Shown here one piece after another: positions 42,738-50,149 of a stretch of 64,000 nt of DNA (positions are counted from its first letter, which is position 1; each line of letters opens with the position of its first letter). This stretch comes from Fidelibacterota bacterium (lineage in GTDB: Bacteria > Fidelibacterota > UBA8477 > JABMPR01), in assembly GCA_016784025.1 (NCBI GenBank), contig JADHVL010000018.1, positions 7,927 to 71,926 on the forward strand, in the 5' to 3' direction. The notes beneath the pieces are model-generated. The model worked only from the letters and a program-made list of their open reading frames with translations. It made no database searches and had not been told where the DNA came from. The position numbers were made by a program, and so were the translations under genes.

Positions 42738-43079
42738 TTAATTTACGCTTACAGCTCTCAGCTTGAGCTCACGTCCCTGAAGTATATCAATTTCATAGCT
42801 TTCACATTGAGGGCAGAGAGCCATAAATGAGTCTATTTCAAAAGTATGATTACATTTTTTGCAACTTGCCTTGGCGGGTACCTCATTGATGGATAAGGTC
42901 GAGTTTTCAGCCAGAGTATCCTTGCAAACAGATTCGTAGCAAAAGTTTAGAGAATCTATCATGACTCCCGACAATTTTCCCACATCAAGTTCGATGTTGG
43001 ATATTGAGCTAGCGCCATCCTTTTCAGCCTCTTTACAGGCGATACTGATGATATTCATGGCGATGGACATTTCGTGCAT
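42738..43079 (-). CDS. hypA: Nickel metallochaperone HypA
   Basis: MHE N-terminus at ATG 43079 with GGAG RBS; CKKC and CPQC. Confidence 0.96.
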   Translation of the reverse strand: MHEMSIAMNIISIACKEAEKDGASSISNIELDVGKLSGVMIDSLNFCYESVCKDTLAENSTLSINEVPAKASCKKCNHTFEIDSFMALCPQCESYEIDILQGRELKLRAVSVN

Positions 43080-43104
43080 TAAAACTCCGCTTTGGTATAG
43101 ATAA

Positions 43105-43120
43105 GGCAATTATAATGCCC
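43105..43120 (-). promoter_or_regulatory. Putative sigma54 (-24/-12) promoter of the hyp operon
   Basis: Minus strand gGGCATTATAATTGCc, exact GG-N10-GC spacing with GGCA and TTGC; implied TSS ~15 nt before the hypA ATG. Confidence 0.65.
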
Positions 43121-43286
43121 CAAAGTTTGAGGGCAATGTTTTAAATTATTCTGCGCTAAAAAAAGTTCAGGACTAACCTATTGGTTTATCTGACATAGTT
43201 GTGGATTTGTTCTCATCACCTATGAGCCTGGCTAATATTTTTAGGATAGTCGCATAGTCTAAAGCATTTATATTCATTGATATCAA

Positions 43287-44162
43287 ATGGAATTTATTCA
43301 GTCAAAAACTATCCTGTCTCGTGTTCAAGAAGATTCCTTCTTTGGATTGAGTTACAACATGAATCTTTATCGAGGTTGTCAACATGGCTGCATTTATTGT
43401 GATTCTCGTTCTGCCTGTTATCGTATGGATGAGCTCTCAAAAATCTATATAAAAGAGAATGCCATAGAGCTTTTGGACAAAGAGCTCCGTACAAAACGGC
43501 TAAAGGGTACCATTGGCACCGGTTCAATGAATGATCCCTATATGCCTGTTGAGAAAAAGTTTGAGCACACCCGCAAAGCACTTGAAGTGATTTCAGATCA
43601 TTGTTTTCCAGTCCATGTCATGACCAAAAGTGATCTGGTTCTTCGTGACCTGGATTTACTCCTCAATCTACAAGAGAATTACTGTGCCGTCACATTTACA
43701 ATCACCACAGCTGATGATGATCTTGCCAAAAACATTGAGCCACATGCTCCTGCGCCATCTCTGCGGTTTAAGGCTCTCGAAGAACTTAGAAAAGCAGGCA
43801 TATATGCTGGCATTACAATGATGCCCATTTTACCGTATCTAAATGATACACACGAGAACATAACGAAGTTGGTGGATCTGGCAAAAACAGTCGATGCCCA
43901 ATATATCTTACCTTACATGGGGGTGACACTCCGTGAAGGATCAAGGGACTATTTCTACCAGCAGTTGAGTAATTCATTTCCTGGGCTAAAGGATAAATAC
44001 GTCAAGAATTTTGGGAATAGTTATGGTTGTAATTCACCCAAAGCAAACGCTCTGTATAATTTATTTTATGAACGCTGCAGACTACATGAAATTCCAACGG
44101 AAATGCAGTTTTTCAAACCCAGATCCGAACCTCAGTTGACCCTCTTTGATTCCCGCACTTAG
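43287..44162 (+). CDS. Radical SAM protein, SplB-like (Rv2578c-type) putative DNA repair family
   Basis: MNLYRGCQHGCIYCDSR, GSMNDPY, TKS..VLRDLD; C-terminal QLTLF. Confidence 0.88.
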   Translation: MEFIQSKTILSRVQEDSFFGLSYNMNLYRGCQHGCIYCDSRSACYRMDELSKIYIKENAIELLDKELRTKRLKGTIGTGSMNDPYMPVEKKFEHTRKALEVISDHCFPVHVMTKSDLVLRDLDLLLNLQENYCAVTFTITTADDDLAKNIEPHAPAPSLRFKALEELRKAGIYAGITMMPILPYLNDTHENITKLVDLAKTVDAQYILPYMGVTLREGSRDYFYQQLSNSFPGLKDKYVKNFGNSYGCNSPKANALYNLFYERCRLHEIPTEMQFFKPRSEPQLTLFDSRT

Positions 44163-44177
44163 CAGGAAAACACAAAA

Positions 44178-46595
44178 CTAGTCTAGTATAGTTGCCACAA
44201 GAGTTACAACATCCTGAATATTTACTGTGGCATCCAGATTGAAATCAGCTGCTAGGGCTGCATTGCCCTGAAGGGTCGAATTGCCGAGAATATGAGCGAC
44301 GATCAGAATCAGATCCTGAATATTTATTTGAGTATCAAAATTGACATCTCCAGGAGTAAATGAAACCTCCCCAGTATAAAATATGTGGAGATCATCTACT
44401 GCAGCTTCGACAAGAGAACCTCCTGGAGCATCTTCGGCGATAAATCTGAATTGAAGTTGATTGGCCTGATCAAAAAAGTGATTCACAAGAAATTGATGCT
44501 GGGTCCAGGAATTGTCTGAGGTTGTGGTTTGCTCCAGGTTGATCCAGATATTGTTCTGATCACGCGCCTGGACGATCCAACTGTCCTCTCCTGGACTAAA
44601 CCCAAGATCATTGGAATACCATCTCCAGTAACTGATTACAGGAGAAACACCTGGGGGAATGGCATAAACTGGACTTTCAAGCGTAGTGCGACCACCATCC
44701 ACATCACCGGCTCCCGTGTTTGAACCATCAAAGGGTGCATTGCCAGTTACGAAACACTTCGTTCCTACCAGGGAATGGTCCTCTTCAGGTTGAACAGGAT
44801 CAGTACCCTCAAAGGTACCAATAGGCTCATCGCGAATCCACATCCCTGCAGTTGCATCATCACCCGCCACGCCAAGAGACCAGCCCTGCTCAGTTTCAGC
44901 ATCTTCGTAAATGAGGGTGGGAAAAAATCCTGATGAACCCACCAGGAAAAAGTGGGGAGTTTCAGGTGCGCTGTGAGGATGATATACAACGTTACCATCA
45001 TCGTCCGAGGCATGGATATAGTATTCAACGATAGAGCCACTTTCAGGTGAGGGAATCTCACTACTCCAATTATTAGGTAACACTTCCTGCATATCAATGC
45101 TGGAATATCCCCCTCCTGAAATTGAGTAGTTCAGGATTAAGGAAAGAGATGAGCCTGCTTCTGCAAAAGTTTCAACATTGACCTCAATAGGATCAACTGG
45201 ATCAATGACATTTGCCAGAGCAGTATGACTTACATTGAACGATGTAAGTGCTTTCAATGCATTTACCCTGAAACCCATCTGCAGATTACCCACATCATCG
45301 CCATCTATGAGTCTTGCTTCCAGCGCATCGACGGTAATGGATGGGAATTGAGATTTGATGAGGGCTGCAATACCGGCAGCCAGGGGCGTTGCCATGGAGG
45401 TACCATCCCAGGCTTGATATTCGCTGTTGTGGGCAGGATTCGCTGGATCAGTACAACTCCAGATATTGGTGCCTGGTGCACATACATCTACCCAGGAACC
45501 ATAGTTTGAGAAACTGGCACGACCATCCGAACTATTTGTTGCTCCAACACACACAGCACCTGCACTTGCTCCGGGGTAATGGGGTGAAGAACTGCCATCA
45601 TTTCCAGAAGCAAACAGAACGATACTCCCCTTGGTATTACGAGCGTGGAGAATAGCACTACCAATAGTAGCTGAAGCGCCTCCACCTCCCCAACTATTAC
45701 TTATGACATGAGCTCCATTTTCTGCAGCGTAAATGATCGCATTTGCAGCCGCGACGTCCGTAGTATAGGGAAAAATTTTGCAGGTCATGATCTTGGAATT
45801 TTGTGAGGCTCCTGCAATGCCAATCAGATTATTGGTAACACCAGAAGCAATACCGGCACAATGCGTTCCATGATCTTCAGCATTGTAGGGATGCCAGCCC
45901 CACTCATGGTTAACATTCGCATCGCCATCTGTGAAATTCCAGCCATAAATATCATCTACTTTTCCATTGAGATCATCATCAATGAAATTGTCAGCTATCT
46001 CTCCGGGATTGATCCATAAATTACCCATTAGATCGGGGTGATCCGTATCCACGCCAGTATCAATAATGGCAATAACCACGGTATCGCTACCGGTTTGAAT
46101 GTCCCAGGCATCTGGAGTACTGACCATAGGATGGTGCCAGGATTGACTGAAATAGGCATCATTGGGTGTCATTTGTGTGTCGTAGAGTTCTCGGATATAC
46201 ATGGCCTCTGCATACTCCACATCACTCAATGCATTCAACTCATCGATAACAGCCAGTACATCCTCATCTTCTGTAATATGGACGACAAAAATTCTTTCAA
46301 GACCATATGGGTCATTGTCTTCCATGGAAAAGGATGTGAATGCTGGAGCAATATCAATGGTATTCTGAGCTGAAAGGATGTCTCCGACACCTGGAAGATC
46401 CATCACTTGTAAGGTAGAGCTTCGTTGGCTTTGGTAAAATGAGTTCTCCTGCACTTTCAAGAAAAATTTATCAGTAATTAATTCAACCTGGTTTTGTCCA
46501 TAGGAAGGTTGACAAAATAGTAATACACAAATTAATGCAATATAGCGGGGCGGCGAAAGTCGCATAGGGAATAAATCCTTTTTAGTGAGTGTCAT
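44178..46595 (-). CDS. Secreted S8 (subtilisin-like) serine peptidase with C-terminal dockerin
   Basis: Triad IIDTG / HGTHCAG / GTSMA; oxyanion ASGN; duplicated EF-like GDVNFDTQINIQD..ADFNLDATVNIQD; start ATG 46595 or 46565. Confidence 0.9.
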   Translation of the reverse strand: MTLTKKDLFPMRLSPPRYIALICVLLFCQPSYGQNQVELITDKFFLKVQENSFYQSQRSSTLQVMDLPGVGDILSAQNTIDIAPAFTSFSMEDNDPYGLERIFVVHITEDEDVLAVIDELNALSDVEYAEAMYIRELYDTQMTPNDAYFSQSWHHPMVSTPDAWDIQTGSDTVVIAIIDTGVDTDHPDLMGNLWINPGEIADNFIDDDLNGKVDDIYGWNFTDGDANVNHEWGWHPYNAEDHGTHCAGIASGVTNNLIGIAGASQNSKIMTCKIFPYTTDVAAANAIIYAAENGAHVISNSWGGGGASATIGSAILHARNTKGSIVLFASGNDGSSSPHYPGASAGAVCVGATNSSDGRASFSNYGSWVDVCAPGTNIWSCTDPANPAHNSEYQAWDGTSMATPLAAGIAALIKSQFPSITVDALEARLIDGDDVGNLQMGFRVNALKALTSFNVSHTALANVIDPVDPIEVNVETFAEAGSSLSLILNYSISGGGYSSIDMQEVLPNNWSSEIPSPESGSIVEYYIHASDDDGNVVYHPHSAPETPHFFLVGSSGFFPTLIYEDAETEQGWSLGVAGDDATAGMWIRDEPIGTFEGTDPVQPEEDHSLVGTKCFVTGNAPFDGSNTGAGDVDGGRTTLESPVYAIPPGVSPVISYWRWYSNDLGFSPGEDSWIVQARDQNNIWINLEQTTTSDNSWTQHQFLVNHFFDQANQLQFRFIAEDAPGGSLVEAAVDDLHIFYTGEVSFTPGDVNFDTQINIQDLILIVAHILGNSTLQGNAALAADFNLDATVNIQDVVTLVATILD

Positions 46596-46708
46596 GGTCA
46601 CATCGCGATGTAGGTAGAAGAAATCGGGGAGAAAGGCAATATGTGTTTTAGCAGTTATTGTATTGTGATTGTATAAAGAATGTCCCCGCCATCGATCTGG
46701 TGATGGAT

Positions 46709-46737
46709 AAAAAAAGGGCTGCATTGCTACAGCCCTT
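46709..46737 (-). terminator. Intrinsic terminator of the psr operon
   Basis: Minus strand AAGGGCTG-N8-CAGCCCTT followed by a T run; extra hairpin TGGTAAAC-AGAG-GTTTACCA at 46747-46766. Confidence 0.8.
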
Positions 46738-46805
46738 GGTCGTAATTGGTAAACAGAGGTTTACCACCCCGTCCTAAATCATTTCGCAACCGTGTTTAAA
46801 CAGGC

Positions 46806-47429
46806 TCAACAACCGCCAGCGGGTGCCTTTTTCTTCTTCTTGCGTTTTACCTTTGGTTTGTCAGCTTTGGTCTGAGTTGGAGCAGTCAATGCGCCTGCAC
46901 TGCCACCACCAAAAACACCACTGGCCGCTTTTCTGAAATCATATTTAGCGAATTCTTCATCTGGAGAAGTCGTGGCAGGCTTTTGGGGATTCATGATGGT
47001 GTCAAACCAGTAATTCAAACCGCCCTGCATGACATAATTGTTCTCAAAACCAAGCTGACGCAAAATCATCCAAGCCTGATGTGAGCCGATAGTTCCATTG
47101 GAATAGAGCACATTCATTTTGACACCCTGATCCACATAGTCCCGGTTTTCATCCTTGAGAATAACCGAAATGGGAATATTGATGGCGCCCTCCAGATGAT
47201 ATTTCTGGAATTCATCAGGTGTCCGCACATCGATCAACTGGAGGCTGGGGTCTTTTGAGATGAGCCAGTGAGCTACTTCATCAGCTGTCACCATTTCAGC
47301 AGCACCCTGAACTTCCACCAGCATGTCCTCAGCCGTGAGTTTGTATGGTTTGGTCGTATTCTCAGGTACCATGGCTATAACCAATCCCAGCATGAAAAGA
47401 CCCATCATTACTATACTTTTAATCGTCAT
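46806..47429 (-). CDS. Membrane-anchored rhodanese-fold protein with C-terminal GGC arm
   Basis: ATG 47429; TM; LIDVRTPDEF..HLEGAINIP, QGG; active loop YSNGTIGS has no Cys; ends KKKKKAPAGGC. Confidence 0.85.
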   Translation of the reverse strand: MTIKSIVMMGLFMLGLVIAMVPENTTKPYKLTAEDMLVEVQGAAEMVTADEVAHWLISKDPSLQLIDVRTPDEFQKYHLEGAINIPISVILKDENRDYVDQGVKMNVLYSNGTIGSHQAWMILRQLGFENNYVMQGGLNYWFDTIMNPQKPATTSPDEEFAKYDFRKAASGVFGGGSAGALTAPTQTKADKPKVKRKKKKKAPAGGC

Positions 47430-47430
47430 A

Positions 47431-48021
47431 TCAATACTCCTCTCTGGGGAATTTTTTTTCAGCCAAATCACCTAGCCAGAACATGACTAGAGCAGCAATT
47501 ATTACCAGGAAGGCCAATGCGCCTCCGGATATTCCAAGTACATCAGACAGTTTTAATGCCCCAAGATTACCCGACATATAGAAACTTTCGAGTAAAGGAT
47601 AGGCTTCAGCGAACATGAAGATACCGATAAAGATTCCACCGAGAAATACCATTGCATCGATTTTCCCGATAGCTATTGCACTGAAACTGACACCTGGACA
47701 AAATCCTCCTGATATGAAGCCGATACCCATGATGATACCTCCGACTATAGCTGATCCTAGAAAAGTAGGATTGACATAAACCAGGTTAAGATCGATCCAG
47801 CCAAAAAGACTAAAGAAGAGTAATCCAAGCATTGCTGTGACGGCAGCGCCAAAAAACACCTTTAAGACAACCGTGTCATATCCATAAAAGACACCTGCTA
47901 ATTTCCGACTAGAAGAAAATCCGGCTTGTTCGAGAATAAATCCAAACCCGATTCCTACTACGAATGCAATGAATAGATTCCAGTCCTGCCCGATAATTTC
48001 TTGTGGTATAAGTGGTCCCAT
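47431..48021 (-). CDS. YeeE/YedE (TsuA-like) sulfur transporter half
   Basis: GFGFILEQAGF, GGFCPG, multiple TMs. Confidence 0.88.
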   Translation of the reverse strand: MGPLIPQEIIGQDWNLFIAFVVGIGFGFILEQAGFSSSRKLAGVFYGYDTVVLKVFFGAAVTAMLGLLFFSLFGWIDLNLVYVNPTFLGSAIVGGIIMGIGFISGGFCPGVSFSAIAIGKIDAMVFLGGIFIGIFMFAEAYPLLESFYMSGNLGALKLSDVLGISGGALAFLVIIAALVMFWLGDLAEKKFPREEY

Positions 48022-48030
48022 GATAGCCCC

Positions 48031-48546
48031 CTAGATCCAATTTTTTCTAAAAAAATATGCCAGGGCAAAAGCCGTCCCAAACATAGTTGCCATGCTGATA
48101 AATCCACTGAGGGAAAGAACAGCCATTCCTGTTAGAGCGGAGCCACTGGCACAACCACGGCCCAATTGTGAGCCAAATCCAAAGAGAATGCCACCGATCA
48201 TAGCGAAAATGAGACGTCGGTTCGCAGAAATTCCAGGGAAATGTTCAATTTTGAGTTTTAGTCTTCCAGCAAGAGCACCTGATAAAAAACCACCTACCAA
48301 TACACCCAAAATCTCAAATACCAACCAGGATTTCATTGGGCTTTTACCCTCACCAATATATTTACTGTAGAAAGGTGAGTTTGCCGCGTGTTCAGGTGCA
48401 ATTGTGCTGACCAAACTTACGACTGTTGATTTCACTGCACCACTTGCCCCCAGACCTCGGCCTGAAAAGAAAAATGCCATGAGGAGCACCAATCCCAACA
48501 GGACACCTGCCAGATAGGGATTCATGTACTTTGTTTTCATCATCAA
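48031..48546 (-). CDS. YeeE/YedE (TsuA-like) sulfur transporter half
   Basis: NPYLAG, GLGASG, LGRGCASG. Confidence 0.88.
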   Translation of the reverse strand: MMMKTKYMNPYLAGVLLGLVLLMAFFFSGRGLGASGAVKSTVVSLVSTIAPEHAANSPFYSKYIGEGKSPMKSWLVFEILGVLVGGFLSGALAGRLKLKIEHFPGISANRRLIFAMIGGILFGFGSQLGRGCASGSALTGMAVLSLSGFISMATMFGTAFALAYFFRKNWI

Positions 48547-48577
48547 TAACCCTTATTCAATTAATATTCAATTTTTA

Positions 48578-48652
48578 ACCACGAAGGCACAAAGGCTCCA
48601 GGGAACACCAAACTAGAATTTGTGGAGCTTAGTGTCTTTGAGTTTTTGTGGT
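48578..48652. repeat. Long imperfect intergenic hairpin (REP-like)
   Basis: ACCACGAAGGCACAAAGGC pairs with GTCTTTGAGTTTTTGTGGT (G-T rich); inner GGCTCCA/TGGAGCT. Confidence 0.6.
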
Positions 48653-48665
48653 AAACCATCATTAT

Positions 48666-49607
48666 TTAATACAACCAGCGGCTGGCTTGACCGGCGTTAA
48701 CCACAATAAAGCGCAGCATGAGATTCCCGGCAACGATGAGCACAACAGGAACAATGGCAGGGATAAATTTGTGTTTTAGTTCAAGAATTTCCAGAACCAC
48801 AGGCAGTAATAGTCCAAGACCTACAACAAAGACCCAGAATGGAACCGTAAAGGCACCACCGAGGAACATCTGCGCAGCTTGGATGTGTACTTGAGTTCCA
48901 GCGAGATGGCCCATAAATAAATGGACGATCATGAACAATTCGATACCGATTAAAATGATATCGATACGTGTAAACAATCGTTTCTCCACTTCAGATTTAG
49001 AAAAGAAAGATACCAAAGCGGCACTGGCTGAGAGTCCTGAAGTTAAAAATAGTGGTCCCAGAATGCTTGTATTCCAGAATGGTCTTGCATTAAAAGCCGA
49101 CAGAAGAATTCCTGTGTACATACCAAGTATTACAGATAGGAGAATGAGAATCTGAGCCAGATATCGACGATAATCTTTGAGCCAATCAATGGCCGTTTTA
49201 ACTTCGTCAAACTTCCAATCCCATTTTGGGAAAATATCCTCAATCCAGGTGGCAATCCAGGCTATGGACAGCGGCATTATGATACCTAACGTCCAGGCTC
49301 CCCATGACATGGGTGATTCCCAGCGGATATTGGTAAAAAGTTGCCAGAAATAGAGAACATGGGATAAATCCATCAAGAGAGCAATCAATCCAATCCCGAT
49401 CAGAAAAGGGACTGCCAAGGGCATCCATTTTACAGCCACTGGTAGCTCATCTTGCCTGCCACGTAGCGTGAAATAAGCTGAGAATATCAGGATTCCCGCT
49501 GAGATTCCACCCAGGAATAGATAAAAGGGGATTTCCCAACCCCAAACATGGAGGATGGGATCAATCTCTGGATTCATACGTCCACTGGTGATAATTTCTT
49601 CAATCAT
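48666..49607 (-). CDS. psrC: Polysulfide reductase membrane anchor (NrfD/PsrC)
   Basis: WGWEIPFYLFLGG, DL, SPMSWGAW, YTGILLS..RPFWN; about 8 TMs. Confidence 0.9.
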   Translation of the reverse strand: MIEEIITSGRMNPEIDPILHVWGWEIPFYLFLGGISAGILIFSAYFTLRGRQDELPVAVKWMPLAVPFLIGIGLIALLMDLSHVLYFWQLFTNIRWESPMSWGAWTLGIIMPLSIAWIATWIEDIFPKWDWKFDEVKTAIDWLKDYRRYLAQILILLSVILGMYTGILLSAFNARPFWNTSILGPLFLTSGLSASAALVSFFSKSEVEKRLFTRIDIILIGIELFMIVHLFMGHLAGTQVHIQAAQMFLGGAFTVPFWVFVVGLGLLLPVVLEILELKHKFIPAIVPVVLIVAGNLMLRFIVVNAGQASRWLY

Positions 49608-49615
49608 AAAAACCT

Positions 49616-50149
49616 CTATATCAGATAGAATACTTTGGGGTCAGTCCCAGCTTCGGGAATGAGTGATTTCCATTTTCGAGTTGCCATGGCTCGAGAAATG
49701 TCGCTGTTTGGATCGTCCAGATCACCAAAGATCATGGCATGGGTGGGACAGACAGAAACACAAGCTGGATTCTGACCTTTTTCAACCCTGTGGATACAAA
49801 AGGTACATTTATCCACATAGCCTTCTGGGTGAATAAAGCGGGCATCGTAAGGACAGGATGTGATACAGGCCTTACAACCGATGCATTCACTTTCTTCGAC
49901 CAGAACAATACCACCCTCAGCATAATGGCTCGCCTCAGTGGGACAAGTCCTCACACAGGGGGCATTGGCACAATGGTTACAACGTTCTGAGCGAATCTCC
50001 AACTGCAGCTCTGGATAAGTGCCCGTTGTCTTTTCCACAATCCAATCTCTACAGTGACCAATGGGGACATCATTTTCAGTCTGACAGGCCACCACACAAT
50101 CGCTACAACCCACACATCGAAGAGTGTCTACAGCCATTGCATATCTCAT
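49616..50149 (-). CDS. psrB: 4Fe-4S electron transfer subunit (PsrB/NrfC)
   Basis: CVGCSDCVVAC, CNHCANAPCVRTCP, CIGCKACITSCP, CTFC..CVSVCP. Confidence 0.93.
   Translation of the reverse strand: MRYAMAVDTLRCVGCSDCVVACQTENDVPIGHCRDWIVEKTTGTYPELQLEIRSERCNHCANAPCVRTCPTEASHYAEGGIVLVEESECIGCKACITSCPYDARFIHPEGYVDKCTFCIHRVEKGQNPACVSVCPTHAMIFGDLDDPNSDISRAMATRKWKSLIPEAGTDPKVFYLI

Noticed and set aside
46596-46724. N-terminal extension of the S8 ORF to 46724
   Set aside because: It begins inside the psr terminator and precedes the signal peptide; starts at 46595 or 46565 fit better
46780-46811. Selenocysteine read-through at the rhodanese end (GGC-TGA, like the TrxR GCUG tail)
   Set aside because: Read-through would add U-ACLNTVAK with no recognisable motif; only a weak stem follows the TGA and a terminator lies downstream, so a true stop is more likely
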